A stretch of DNA of 57,666 nucleotides, from positions 62,001-119,666 of the forward strand of contig CAUYUJ010000005.1 in NCBI GenBank assembly GCA_963575745.1, in the 5' to 3' direction. This document shows, piece after piece, positions 19,601 through 33,034 of this stretch (position 1 is its first letter; each line of letters opens with the position of its first letter). A program made the position numbers and the translations under genes. The notes beneath the pieces were generated by a model that did no database searches, was not told where the DNA came from, and saw only the letters and a program-made list of their open reading frames with translations. Origin of the DNA: Prorocentrum cordatum (lineage: Eukaryota).

Positions 19601-21130
19601 GCACTATATTGCTATGCGGCATTATCCTGTTGCTCCGCGCCGGAGAGCTGGCGCCGCGCTCAGATTAGCATGTGGTTCAGTCTGGGGATGCGTCTCTGCC
19701 GCGATACTGCAGGCCGATGTGCGCTATCCCGCTGATGTATGCATTGTTTTCTCGTTTGCTGTCCAAGCGCCGGGGGCCGATCCTCGACGGGCCCCGCCCC
19801 CCAGGAAAGTAGGGTTCCGGAGACGTCATTGCACTGGCGGCCACTTGTTTGCGTTCGCAATCTGTCGGGGGAAAGGAAGGGGGCGCCGCGTTCCGATTTT
19901 CGCCGCCGTTCTGGGTTTCAGGAAAGATTTCGCCACAGGCCCCCACGATGCACTCTGGAAGGCCTTAGAGCACAATCTGCGCCATCACCGCGCATCAACG
20001 TGTTTGCCAACTTGCTCGCTGGCCAAACAGCCGCGGTGCAGGCGGATGCGCCGAGCGGGAAATTCTGCATTGCGCGGGGGGCGGATCGCGGGGGTCCACT
20101 GAGCTCGCTGTTACTCAATCGTGTTTCGCAGTTCTTCTTCCAGAATCCACCCGAAGTGGTCTGAGCGCACATGCGGGATTCAGTTATTATGTGTCAGGCG
20201 CGCGCGACTTACTAATGTCAGATTTGGTGTTGATGTGATGATCATTGGTGGTTAAATGACGCTGGTATAACGGATGGAACCAGACGTCTAGGGCGTCGCT
20301 TTGACGACGGGCCTGGAAATCCACCCAGACAAAACATAATTACATTACACAACCTGTTCGACTGGAAGCCGGTGGCTGCGCCGGAATTCGCCGTCGTTAA
20401 CGACGCGGAGATCGAAGTTTAGATTTTCGCTGGGGCGCAGAAGTACCTTGACAGACAGTTTACCTTCCGCGACCACGCAGAGGTAGAGATAGGGTCGCGG
20501 ACCAGGGCTGCCTGGAATAAGTTTGGCTTACTTCAGCGGGGGCTCGCAGCCAAGGCGTGCTCGGCGAATGGCTGCGCTTGTTCAGCGACGTCATTGGTGC
20601 ATCTATGCTGCGCGCGCGCTTCTTGGGCGGTCGCGGCCGGGCTGGAGGGCAAAGTTCAGGCAGCCCAGCGCCGAATGTTGCGCGCGATTGCGAATGCGCC
20701 GCGACGCCAGCGCGCTGGCGCGGCGAACGACGAGGACAATGCCGACGCAGTGTCCGCAGAGAGCGGCGCCGATGCCTGCATCGAGCCATGGCACCAGTGG
20801 ATCAAAAACGCAACGCGTGTGGTGGAACGCAGTATTTCAAGCTGGCAACGAGAATTGGGGCGCAACGCACAGAGGACGGAAATTGTGCTGGGTGTCTAGA
20901 CTGGTGCACGGCAAACGCAGATAGAGTTGGAATGTTGCGATGTGGGACCCACCCCGCTGCCGCGCGCGTGCTCGGGGGCCGCCGCGACGGCCGGGGATGC
21001 GCTGGTTCGACGACATGTGTCAAACAGTGCGATGTATTCATGCAGATGGGGTCCTGGAGCCGCTTGCCGCTTGCCCGCGATGGCGAGCTGTTGGGGCGCG
21101 TGGAATCCACGTGCGTTCGCGCGCCCCATT
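16640..21130 (+). pseudogene. Decayed LINE with ORF1 remnant, APE and RT (RTE-like RT)
   Basis: ORF1-like coiled coil QDLCNRVVELEGEV and IVLGFDG; APE remnants HGVGILLHSRW, RQFDYVV, LGSCHRAL; RT remnant RGADRGGPLSSLLLN; many stops and frameshifts. Confidence 0.75.
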
Positions 21131-21139
21131 GAGGCCCCT

Positions 21140-21660
21140 CGTATCTCCCATTCCGGCTCCCTGCTGTCCGATCCCAGCCCCCATTTTTCCGAGCCGGGTC
21201 TCGATTTTTTTGTTTTAGCGCTCATTTCATCGATTCTCGGTTGTCAGTTTTCCGATTGTAGGGCCCGTCACTCCAGCCCCGGCTGGCAATTTTCCGGCGC
21301 CAGTTCCTCGTATCTTTCCGCTCTTGGCTCCCAATTGTCCGACTCCAGCTCCCATCTCCCCGACTCCAGCTTCCTTTTCTCCGGCTCCAGCTCCCGAGTT
21401 TCCGACTCCGACGCCCGTCTGTCCGATTGTGGCCCCCAATTTTCCGACCCCGACTACCAATTTTCCGAATCCGGCGCCCGTGTCTCCGATTCCAGCTCCC
21501 AGCTTCCCCATTTTGGCGCCCGTCTCTCCGACTCGGCCCCCAACCTTCCGACTCCGATTGCTGATATTCCGGATCCAGCGCCCGTCTCTCCGACTCCAGC
21601 TCCCAACCTTCCGACTCAGCTCCCAATTTTCCGACTTCGGTCCCGGGTTTCTATCCGTCT
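21140..21660. repeat. Minisatellite of tccgactccagctccc / tccggcgcccgtct units
   Basis: ~21-bp degenerate tandem units. Confidence 0.8.
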
Positions 21661-21959
21661 TTCGTATCTACTTTTCCGATTCTGGCGCGGAGTGTGCAAT
21701 CCGACCCCGTCTGAAACCATGGGCGGCTGGCTTGCTTCCCTCTTCCTCCCTTCCCCTAGCAGCGCGATGCTGTTGTTTCGCGCGCCAGTTCTTTCCGGCC
21801 GCTCGGCAGTGCCCCAGCGGTGCAAGACGCGGGCCGATTTCCGAGTTCAGAACTGCGGCGCCGCGGCGCACCCGCCCTCCCTTACGCGGGGTGCCCTCCT
21901 GGGTGACATCGGCGCCGTTCTGCTCCGTTCCGCTCCGCTTCAGTGGTTCTCATGGTTCA

Positions 21960-22290
21960 CGTGCTTGACAATGGTTCGGAACGATTCAGGATTGTGAGGT
22001 TGCAGCGGCTACGTTGATTCGCGATTCGAGAGGTTGCAGAGGTGGGAACGGCGTTCTGGCGCGATTCAGGCTCGTCACGACGCGACAGTCAGGTTGATTC
22101 GTGGCGTTGAGGTCCTTAGAATGGTGTTTTGGCACGCTTCAGGATTTTCATAGGCGTGCCCCCCAACGGGGCATTTCCGTCAGTGGTGACGAGCTGTTGT
22201 AGGGGCCTATGAGGAGGGGGCTTGGAGGGGTGGTGGATTGCTTGAATTGCAACATCGTTGCCGAGTCTAGGGTTTTCATTGGTCCTCTCC
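21960..22290 (-). repeat. Dispersed repeat family J
   Basis: Reverse complement of 47006-47340 and 53045-53330 (gccccgttggg, cctgaa[a/g]cgtgcc, aacctgactgt). Confidence 0.75.
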
Positions 22291-22299
22291 CTCTCCCCT

Positions 22300-25200
22300 C
22301 TTCCCCCCCCCAGCGCCAGCTGGCGCGGGGGCGGGGCGCCTGGCCAGCCTGCGCCGGGGGCGCCGCGCGGGCGCCGCTGCCGCGCCTTGCGGGGGCGCGC
22401 GGGCTGCCGAGCGGCGGGCCGCGCGGCGGCGGCGCCGCGCGGCCCCGCTGGAGGCGCGGGCCCAACGGGCCTGGCCGCCGCGAACCGCTGAGGGCCGAGG
22501 GCCGAGCGACTAGCTGGCGCGTGGGGCAGAGCCGCGGACGCTCGCGCGCAGCTGGCCGAGGCGCAAGCGGACGCCCGGGCGGAGCTGGCCGAGGCGCGGG
22601 CGGCGCGGGCCGTGCTCCAGCGGGCGGGGGCCGCGTGCCAGGAGGCCACCGAGGCGGCGGGGGAGGCCGAGCGCACGGGGGCCGCCCCCGAAGCGCAGCA
22701 CGACGCGGGCGCAGAGAAGCAGGGTGGGGGGGCGGGCAAGAGCGCAGCCGCGGCGTCCGCCCCATGCCCTGAGCAGGGGCCATGTGAAAATGGGGGCATG
22801 CCCGGGGGGGGGGCCAAGGCGCCGCGGGCGTCGCCCGACGAGGAGAAGCGCGGGCCCGGGGCGACGGCCGCGGAGCGCGGCGAGAGCGCCGACCGCTCCG
22901 AGAGCGCGCCGCGTGCGCGCGGAGCGGAGGCCACTTGGGTGGCGGCGGGGGAAGAGCCGAGGCGTCGCCAACGATGTGGACGTGCTCCGAGTACAGTGCG
23001 TTCACCTCGCAGGCCGAGTGGGCGCCAGCCTTGAGGAGCTTGGGCCGGCAGCGGGCCTCGCCGAGCTGGCGGCCGACCTGGGGCGGAGGGCTGCTGAGGA
23101 GGTGGCTGCAGATCCTGGTGGTGAGCCACCTGCTGCCGGCGGGGGCGATGCCGCACCGCCTGGAGGCCCAGGGCAGCCAGCAGCTGCCCCAGGGGGAGCG
23201 CCAGGCTTGCTGCTGCAGGACTTCAGCCTCGTGGTGCCTTGGGGCGCTGGGGCCGAGGTTCGAGATGACAGCTGCGGATGTCCAGCCAGGCTGCCGTAAT
23301 TATGGAGTCGCGGATGTGAGCCAGTTCAAGTTGACGAGGCTACGGACACGGATGTGAGGCCCCCTGCGCCACAGGAGGGCATTGGTAATGGCGAGAGGGC
23401 CCGCCGTCCTGGCGCAGCAGCACCCGGGGCATGCCCCTTTCGCCCCTCGGAGTCCCAGCGTCGGCGAGCACGCCTATGAGAGGGCTCGTCGCGGTGCTGG
23501 CAGACGCTGGTAAAGAGCAGCTGCTTCGGCGCCGTGGGCGCGAGAAGCATGGCGAGGAGTGGCAGGTGGCCATTCTCAACTTCAACGCCTTCAGCAATTT
23601 CGACAAGTGCATGGAGGTGAAGGAGTTGCAGTGCTGCGACGCGGTGCTGTTCCAGGAGACCAGGCTGGCAGCTGGCAGGAGCAGCGACGCGGAGGCCCTG
23701 GTGCGAGCAGCAGGTTGGAGAGGCCGGTGTACAGCAGCCATCGCCTCCGAGGCAGGTGGTCTTGACATTGGAGGGTTGATGACGATGGTCAAGGAGATGT
23801 ACGGTTTGGCGGAGCTGAAGGTGAAGCAACCAGCAGTGGTGGTGCCAGGCAGGATTCGCGTGGCCTGCTACCCGGGGGTGTGCAAGAGCGGCGTCCTGCT
23901 CATCAACGTCTACCTGGAGGCTGGCGTTGGGCTGAACCAGACCAACAGGAGTGCGCTGCTCGATATGGCGAGATGTCTCAGGCAGTTCAGGAGGCCGTAC
24001 ATCGCAGGAGGCGGCTTCAACGTGGAGTACGACGAGCTGGTGCAGAGCCACCTGCTGCAGTGCTTCGACGTGGAGGTCGCGAGGCCAGCGGTGGCGACGT
24101 GCGCCGCCTCGGGCAGGATCATCGACTTCTTACTGATCTCGCGGGAGATGCAGGTAGTCAGTGTGCAGGTGGTGTCTGGCTCGCCTGTGTTTCCCCATTC
24201 GCCAGTCATCCTGAAGGTCAAGGCTCTTGGAGTACGGCCGTGGTTGCAGATCGCGCAGGCGCCCAAGCTCTTCCCCGTTGTGAGGCCGTCAGGCTGCTGC
24301 AGGGCTGATCAGGGTGCCAAGTGGGTTGAAGTTGGGCAATCAGTGCAGCGAATGCTTGATGTGGTGCAAGGTGATGCGACAGGAGACGTCTGCATAGCGC
24401 GTCCGCCCACGGCGTTGACGGTGGCCTTCCGCAGGTTCCTCGCGGCAGCGGAGCAAGACTTGTTTAGTGGAAATTGTTCAGGTCGAAGGAGATGCGCATC
24501 GGTGCGTCGGGCGCTCCGAACGTGTGGTCGCCAAGTGGGTGCGGCAGACGGCAGTCAAATGGATGCGGCCGCCAAGGATCACGGCTGCGGCGGCGTGTTT
24601 GGCCAGGGTGGCCAATTGCCTGAGGGCGGCGGCGCGGGGCCAGGGGCCCAAGGGGAAGGCGATGGCGCTGAGGGGCCTTCCCCGTGAGGCGCGAGGCGCG
24701 CCGCAGCGACTGTGGGCCATGGCTGATCAGGAGCAGGCCTCCAGCGCCTGCCCCGCCGCGGGCTTGGCTGGAGCCGCGCTGCGGTGGTGGGAGGTAGTGC
24801 TGGAAGAAGAGGTTAGCCGTGCGCCCGTTGTGGCGTTGCGCTGGATAGCCAAGCAGGCGCGCGCTGATGCTCATGCCTTGGCGCAGCGGGACCTTGAAGA
24901 TAGAGGGCGGCAGTTCGACGAGTGGGCCCAGCTGCAGCTGCGAGGAGGAGCAGGAGGGCTACGCGCCATCACGCGTGTGCCCATCGGTTGGCAGGACAGC
25001 CCAGCTGATCAGGAGCAGGCGAGGGGCGCGCCAGCCAGCCATGAGGTGGAGGTACGCCAGCTGGAAGAGGATCGGCGGAGGCTTTGGAGAGTCGAGTGCG
25101 AGCAGGTCAGCGCGCGCTGGCCCGAGGACCTGGGCGAGCGCCCTCCCGGTCCCTCGGTGGGGGAGCTGAGGCAGTGTCTGGGGGCCTTCCGACACGCCGC

Positions 25201-25660
25201 AGCAGCTTCCTTCGAGGGCATTCGGCCGAGGCAGTTGCTGGAGCTGTGCGATGGGGCGCTGGAGACGCTGACCGACATCCCGATGAAGTTGGAAAGAGCA
25301 GTGGAGTGGCCCAGCCTCACCACCAAGGTGCGTTTCCTTGCGAAGCCGCTTGGGGGGGGCACGACCGATCGCGATCGTCGTGGTGTTGGCGAGGGTGCAG
25401 GCTCGCCTCGGGAGGTCCACCGCGCTGGGTTGGGGGGGGCGCAACGGCAGGCCCTTCTTCTGGGCCGCCCGAGGCCGTGGCTGTGAAAAGGGCAGTCTGG
25501 GAGCTGGTGGCGGAGGCGAGTGGGCGACGGCCAACGGGCGCCAGCAGCGAGACCCAGAAGCGTGGGTGTCGGTGCTCGTGATGCTCGACCTGCTGAAGGC
25601 ATGCGAGCAAGTGCGGCACCACCACCTCGTCGAGGCAGCGTGGTTTGTCAAGCTTTTTGG
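22300..25660 (+). pseudogene. Decayed LINE: coiled-coil ORF1 remnant, APE (23431-24480) and start of RT
   Basis: ARAQLAEAQADARAELAEAR coiled coil; APE motifs ILNFN, LFQETRL, INVYL, IAGGGFN, IIDFLL, FPHSPV; RT motifs FLAKPLGG, RPIAI, MLDLLKACEQVRH; frameshifted. Confidence 0.85.
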
Positions 25661-25809
25661 GGGAATGTCCAGGGGTCTCTGGCTGAGGGGACTTCGGATG
25701 GCGGTGACTTCCAAGGGTGAATTTTCGTGGACGGTAGTTGGTGTAAGTCGGTCATCAATGAATTGTGTCGGGCTGGCTGGGGGCTTGCTTAAATCTGATC
25801 GGGTCTGAA

Positions 25810-26450
25810 GCTCTTGAGCTGTGCTATGGGCCCGTGAGGGACCATGTCCCATCAGTCGTCTCAGGTTGGGGAGTTTTGAGCTTCGCTGCTGCGGGCGCCA
25901 ATCCCGGAGGCGATGGAGGTACCCCTGAATTCGAACGGTTCCGTCGTGTTCGGAACAGCTTCGCTGATTCCGCCGCCAAGCTTGGGGCCCAAACCCATCC
26001 CACTCCCGACCCAGACACCCAAACTGTAGTTAACAGGTTTGTGACGCTCTTCAGAGCGGTCGCCCAGATCGCCATGAATGTTCTGCTTTTGTGGCCGCGT
26101 CTGGTCTTCTCACAGGTAGAATGCGTCAAACGGCCCCAGGGGCCTGGAGAGGCCAGCCACGATTGGGTCTGGGCTTCAACTTTTTGGCATTGCGCGGCTC
26201 GTTCGAAAAGGTAAGAGGGGGGAGTCTCCGCCACCCCCCAGGCAGATGTGTTCAGCCACCTCGCCTGGATCTAGAGCTTTTGGCAGCCAACAACCACCAG
26301 TGCGCACTCCTGGGCTGTGCGGATGTTTCGTTGTTGTGCATTTGCGTGAAATTCCAGAATTGCAGCACAGGCGGCAGGCTCGTCCATCTCGCCACCCCAT
26401 GCTCCCGTGGACAGGGGGTGCTGGCCGCACGAACTGGAGATACGTTTGTG
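25810..26450 (+). pseudogene. Retroelement RNase H C-terminus plus Cys/His-rich tail remnant
   Basis: RNSFADSAAKLGA resembles the RNase H GN.xAD.xAK motif; followed by HDWVW..WHC and CICVK..HLATPC. Confidence 0.6.
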
Positions 26451-27103
26451 TGGGGCATCACCTGCATTTCTCTCTATATATAGATATATACGCATACGGA
26501 AGAACGTACAGTTCCTCTCCTCACCGTGGACAGCTGGCTCGGCCTTGCTTGCGCATGTAGCCGCTCCTGGGTTCGTTGCCGCGACTTTTGTGGATGGTCG
26601 GGCGGGTGGGAGTGTTGGGGATGGGAGCGAAGCATCGTCTCAGCCTTTCGAGGGTGCGGCCGTGTCCTCCTCTCCTGCCTCCTCCCTTCGTGGGACAAAA
26701 TCTCTCAGGGATACCCTCAGGGTGATCGAGGCTTCCAGGAGGGAGGATGGTGAGCAGCCCTTCGTTCGGCCTCATGGTTTTTCGAATTGAGACAGGCCAG
26801 GCTGAGGCCGTCAGAAGAGTCCCCTCGAAAGGGAAATGCAACCCGAAATGTAAACATACACTCTTCCTCCTCCTCCTCTTCTTCCATTGTTTTTCCTTGT
26901 GGATGCAATCGGCCCTCCTCCGCCTCGTTCTCTTCTTCCTTCTCCTCCTCCCTCCTCCTCTTCCTCCTCCTCGCCCCGCCTCGCGCGGAGGTGTCCTCCC
27001 GCGCGGAAGGGTCCCCCCGCACGGATGGGGGAGGGCGGGCGGTCGAAGGAGGAAGAGGAGGAGGAGGAGGAGCAGGAGGAGGAGGAGGTGGAGGAGGAGG
27101 AGC

Positions 27104-27850
<747 letters not shown>

Positions 27851-28228
27851 GGGTTTTTCTTCCTGTGCCTCTCGTTTTTCTTGCCCATGCATCTACACGG
27901 TCCTCAGTCTTAGCCTGGGGAGGAGGGTCGGCATCACCCAAACACTCTTAGATTTTTCTTCGGCCTCTGAAGGGCGATGCGCGCGCTCAGAAATCTTCCA
28001 GTACATACTCGTCGGCGGGCTCTTTCTGGCCATACCGCCTGGAGATCGACACGCTACGAGAGGCTTGTGCTAGATATTGATTTCGGGCATGCGCACAGTA
28101 CTAGTCTGTCCTCCTTCGTCCGAGCGGAGGACGCTCGGCCGCCCGGCGCGGCCAGGCATCGTCCCGGCAGCGCCCCGATGGCGACAGAGCCTTCCGCGCC
28201 CTCCCCGGCCGGGCCCTCCCCCTGCCAG

Positions 28229-28267
28229 GACCGGAGGGCGCAGCTGCAGCGCTTCGTGCCGCACATG
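28229..28267 (+). CDS. MYND-GT7 gene exon 3
   Basis: DRRAQLQRFVPHM continues PFRDQRPLQ; acceptor ccctgccag|G; 3' end uncertain (ATG|GC assumed). Confidence 0.8.
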
Positions 28268-28609
28268 GCCGGCCGGTCGCTCGGCCTCCTCGCCGTGGGG
28301 CCAGGGGGCGCCCTCCAGGAAGGCATACACATCGCTCCTGGGCCCAGGATGGGCATGGCCAGGGATAGTGGACGGGTCTAGATATTGTCGCCCTACTCCT
28401 TGCCCTCGCTCTGTTGCTGCTGCTCCTCCTCCTCTTCCTTCGTGAGACGGTGCTGTGCTCCCACACGTGCTAGCAAGTAGCCCTGTTGCAGCCATACAGG
28501 TCTGCCGCCCAGCGATGTAGGGTAGCCTGCCGGATTCCCGAACTTCTCGTCGCCCATGGGGTTTGCTTGCTGGCTTCAAGCAGCGGCGAAGCGTCCTGGC
28601 TCGCCTATA

Positions 28610-28765
28610 GCCCCACCAAACAATGTTCTAAGAACCTTTTGTGGTTTCCAGGACATGTTCTTAGAACATTTCTGGCGGAGTCTGTCTGGTTTGAACACAT
28701 CGGGAATCTGTTCTAAGAACATTGTTTCTTGTTCTTGGAACATTCTTGGGTTCTAGGAGAATTTC
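28610..28765. repeat. AT-richer palindromic repeat with gttctaagaac/agaacatt motifs
   Basis: aaacaatgttct...agaacattgttt inverted motifs. Confidence 0.6.
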
Positions 28766-28843
28766 GTGGTAGGACTCTAGGACTGCCGGGACGGTCGGTC
28801 CCTGCTCAATGGCTTCCTCGCTTGCCTCGTGCGACGGGAGCTA

Positions 28844-28924
28844 TAGGGGGCCACATGCGAACCCTACCCCTACCCTCCACGATTGCTGAGGGGGGTAGGG
28901 GTAGGGTTCGTATGTGGCCCCCTA
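28844..28924. mobile_element. Hairpin MITE family F copy 1
   Basis: Near-perfect palindrome tagggggccacatgcgaaccctacccctaccc...gggtaggggtagggttcgtatgtggcccccta; flanks gagcta/gagctg. Confidence 0.8.
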
Positions 28925-29137
28925 GAGCTGAGCGCCACCTCGTCCTCGCTGCGCTCCTCCGCCCTCTGCGGGAGCTGCACGGATGCGCCGCCCCCGGCGA
29001 GGCCCACCCTGGGCCCAGGGCGGGGCCTCCAGCGCGGTGGTCCCAGGAAGTCCGCGCGGACCTCGGAACGTTCTGTGTGTCCATAGGCTGTGCTGCTTTT
29101 CTTCCTATGCCTGCGCTCGGCGTCACCCCAGCACACT

Positions 29138-29323
29138 TACTCCGGATTTCGTAACAAGGGGAGGGGGGTCTCATCTCGGGGGGGGGGTCTCTTCCCGGCT
29201 ATCTTGGAGGGCCTGGAGGGGTCTGGGGACGATGTTTTGGAGGGTTCTCCCACGGGGGGGGGTCTGAAATGGCTTGTCTTGGGGGGTCCAGACCCCCTCC
29301 CTTTTATTACGAAATCTGGAGTA
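29138..29323. mobile_element. MITE family E copy 2
   Basis: TIR tactccggatttcgtaa / ttacgaaatctggagta. Confidence 0.8.
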
Positions 29324-29769
29324 TACTATATGTGCGTCGCTCCCCCCTCCCCCCCCAGGGGCGACGCGTGCACCGAGAACTCTTCTAGTGCATGCGTCGT
29401 GGCGGGCGCTTGTTGGCCGCACCGTTCGGGAAACGATGTGCTACAGGATGGGTATACTACAGGTTCGGGTCGGACGCGTGCCTCCAAGGAGGACATCTAG
29501 TATTAGTATTGCGAAGGCCTTACGGCCGTTGCCGCCGACCCTGAAGACGACGAAAGACAACACGAGGGGGGGGGGCACGAGGAGGAGGAGGAGGAGGCGG
29601 AAGGGAGTAGGAGGAGGAAGGGTGAAGGGGGAGGAGGAGGAGGCCTCGGACGCGTGCCTCCAAGGAGGACATCTAGTATTAGTATTTCTCTGTGTTTCCC
29701 ATGCGCCTCTTGCAGTGGGAGAGCCAGGCAAATCCACCGCCCCTGGCCAGGCCCGTCCCTGGGCCCAGA

Positions 29770-30012
29770 AAGTCACCGCCCGCCAACCCACCCCAACCCG
29801 AAGGCCCCGATTTTTTCCCTGGGCCCAGAAAATCACCGCCCACCAACCCACCCCAACCCGAAGGCCCCGATTTTCCCTCCATTTCCAGTGGGAGGGGGGG
29901 GGGGGGGGGGGCGCGGGGAACAGGGAACAACACACACACGAAGCCGTACCCCCCCCCCAACCCGACATGCGGGACTTCGGGTTTGGGCCGGGGTGGTCTG
30001 GATGGGCAGTCG
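29770..30012. mobile_element. MITE family A variant with duplicated left arm
   Basis: Two tandem 60-bp arms ccctgggcccagaaa.tcaccgccc.ccaacccaccccaacccgaaggccccgatttt. Confidence 0.7.
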
Positions 30013-30275
30013 GAGCAGGGCCTGCCCAGGCATGTGGTGGACACGCACAGGTCGCGCCGCCCTCCTCCCTTCTGGCGCCGCGCGGTCGCCCGTCGTGTGG
30101 CCAGTGCCTCCTAGCCCATGGGGCTGCTGGAGGTACTCTTTCGGTCAGTGAGGTCTCCCTCACTGCCAGCAGTGGTTTCCCAGCCGCCGCTGCTGTGCCT
30201 TTTTTCACCTAGGCTGTGCGGGCGTTGAGCTCAAAAAGGGTGCCCCTCCCTCGGGGGGGGCCCTCGGCGCACGGC

Positions 30276-30277
<2 letters not shown>

Positions 30278-30346
<69 letters not shown>
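30278..30346 (+). repeat. (GT)n microsatellite
   Basis: Direct inspection. Confidence 0.98.
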
Positions 30347-30349
<3 letters not shown>

Positions 30350-30776
30350 GGGGGGGAGGGGGGGGGGCGGGGAGGCCAGGCCCCGGGACGCCTGCCGCTG
30401 CTGTTGCGTCGGGCGTGCCCCTCTGCAGGAGGGACTGCGGAGGCCTCACGGCCGATGCCGCCGACCCTGTGGGCAGCGACGACGAAGACGATGGAGGTGG
30501 AGGGGTCCGAGGTGCCCTCAGATGGCTCGAAGACGGCGCCAGATGCCTGCAAGGTCGTCCGAAGACAGCTCAAGAGGCCTCCTCCAGGGCTCGGGCGCGG
30601 CTCCAGAGAGTGCCAAGATAGGCAAAGAGCGCCTTCAAGTGGCCCGTGAGGGTTTAAGACGGCGTCAAGCGAGGTCCAAACGCGCCTGCAGAGGCTGTCA
30701 AGAGTGCCGCCAGAGGCTGCCAAGAGAGTTAAAAAATGGCGAACGGTTTCCAAGGAGCCTTAAGATAGGCTGACAT

Positions 30777-31130
30777 GGCCCGCAGACGGCCCCGGAGGGC
30801 CAACGGAGCCCCAGGACGCAGGAGGAGAGGCGGGGGGCTGCGTATCCGAAGGGGGACACCCCCCCCGAGAGTTGCCCCGTTGCCTGGGACCCTCCCCCCG
30901 CGGGGAAGGGATCAAAGGGCCCGCAGACGGCCCTGGAGGGCCAACGGAGCCCCAGGACGCAGGAGGATGAGAGGCGGGGGGCTGCGTATCCGAGGGAGGG
31001 CCCCTCCCCGGGACTTGGGGGGGACCCCCCCATGGGAGTTGGGGGGGACCCCCCCCAGGAGTTGGGGGGCCCCCCCCGGGAGTTGCCCCGGCCCCCCTCC
31101 CCCGGCGGGGAAGGGATCACGGGAAGGGGC
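30777..31130. repeat. Tandem duplicate ~72-bp unit plus G/C-run arms
   Basis: ggcccgcagacggccc.ggagggccaacggagccccaggacgcaggagga at 30777 and 30918. Confidence 0.75.
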
Positions 31131-31235
31131 ATCCCTTCGACTGAAGGACGACGTTGTTCAATTTTTGTGTGGACTTGTGCAGGGAACCCTCGGAAAGCAG
31201 AAGAGGCGACGACGCTGTGGGGAAGACGGGAAAGC

Positions 31236-31316
31236 CTCTCCCACACGCCGACAGGGTCGGCGGATATTCAAAAATAGTAGAACAAACTAGTCAGTGGACG
31301 ATTTTTTGATTGTTTG

Positions 31317-31386
<70 letters not shown>

Positions 31387-31420
31387 AAATATCGTCCAAA
31401 AATCCGCCTGTAGGGGGACA
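31236..31420. mobile_element. Repeat with internal (AT)n; related copy at ~43140-43270
   Basis: Shared attcaaaaatagt and tgtccc.ctacagg termini. Confidence 0.55.
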
Positions 31421-31988
31421 TGCCCGAGTTAACGCTACTGTCGCACCGCATGCAGCGACCGGCAGGCCACGCAGCAGAGGTCACTCTTGCCCAGAAGGCC
31501 CTCCTGCGTGCAGCCGATCCCCGCATCCCTTCCTCGGGCCGTCCTCCCCTCATCCTGCCCTCCTGTCCCTCCTGCGTTCCCCCGCGTCCCTGCCTTCCTG
31601 CCTTCGTGTAGGGTGCCTTCGCGGGCGTTCGGCTGCGACGCCGCCAGGCCTGGCCTGCCTGGCTTCGGCTCAGTCGTTTTCGCCCGTTCCGCTTCGCCAC
31701 GGTCGGCTTGGCCAGCTGTCGCCTCCGCCCGGTCGTTTTCGGTGGCACTCGTTTTCGCGGTTTGTGTTCGCCCCGTGGCCTTCGTCGCTGCCGCCGTCCT
31801 CGACATCCCGTCGTCTTCGTCGTCGCCCTCGCCCGTCGCCGTCGCTCTGGTCGGGCTCGCCATCGTCTACTTCGCCGCTTGCCGCCGTCGTCGGCACTGC
31901 CGTCGTCGTGCCCCGCTCGCCCGAGCCGTCCGTTGGGGTCCACCCGCTCGCTTGCTTGCGAACCCGCCCGCCCCTGCTTCTTCAGTGT

Positions 31989-32294
31989 TAGGGGGCCACA
32001 TGCGAAACCTACCCCTACCCCCCTGCCCCTACCCCCCTACCCCTGCCCCTCTGCGTGAACCCCACCCTCCCCCTGAGAAATCGTGGGGGGTAGGGGTAGG
32101 GTTCGCATGTGTCGGGCGAAGAGAACTATGCACATGCACCGGTCCTGGCCAGGCCCATCCTTGGCCCCAGGATCGGTGCATATGCCTTCGTGGCCAAGGC
32201 AGGAGGGCGTATGCACCGATCTTGGGCTCAGGGTTGGGCCTGGCCAGAATCGGTGTATGTGCATAGTTCTCTTTCCTCTAATGTGGCCGCCTGA
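31989..32294. mobile_element. Family F copy 2 interrupted by a nested MITE (32112-32280)
   Basis: Nested element tcgggcgaagagaactatgcacat...atgtgcatagttctctttcctcta with perfect TSD atgtg (32107-32111, 32281-32285), splitting the family F right TIR. Confidence 0.85.
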
Positions 32295-32988
32295 TTGTCC
32301 CGCCTGCGCGACCCGCCCGGGGTCCGCACGCCCGGTCCGCCCGCTGGGGTGGGCCAGCTCGCTCGCGTGCAAGCTCGCGCGCCCGCCATAGCTCCCGGCC
32401 TGCCCCCCGCCCGCTGAGGGCCCTGCCGCGCGCCCCGCCCGTTGGGGTCCGCAGACGGACGACGACGACGACGACGACGTCGACGACGACGACGACGACG
32501 ACGACGTCGACGACGACGACGACGACGACGACGACGTCGACGACGACGATGACGTCGACGGCGGCGTCGGCGACGGTGCGAACGCCGCCATGGAAGACGA
32601 CCGCGGCGACACCAACCGCCGACGAAGACGACCGCCTGCGAAGACGACCGCCGACGAGGAAGAGCACTGGCGCAGCCGACGGGGGACGGGGACGACCGCC
32701 GGCGAGGACGACCTGTGCCCCTCCTTCTTCCCGCTGCTCTTGCCGCTGTCGCTCCTCCCCCTCTCCCCGCTTTGTTGTCCTACTGGTCATTCTGTTGCCC
32801 TCTCCTTCCATCCCATCCTATTCCATTCCCTTCACCATACTTATCCCACGCCATGCCATCCCACTCCACCCCACCCCACCCCATCCCACGCCATCTCATC
32901 CCACCCAACCCTTCCCTTCCGTCCTCCCCCCCCTCCCCTGGGACCCTCTGGCCCGCAAGGGGGGGCCAGCGACCGTGGGCACTTGGAG

Positions 32989-33030
32989 GAATTCTTGTCC
33001 CTCATTCCCGGTTGTGAAGCCGTGCTCGTG
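32989..33030 (+). CDS. MYND-GT7 gene exon 4
   Basis: EFLSLIPGCEAVLV bridges FVPHM and VVEQ as expected in GT7; donor GTG|GT; 5' end uncertain. Confidence 0.75.
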
Positions 33031-33034
33031 GTGG

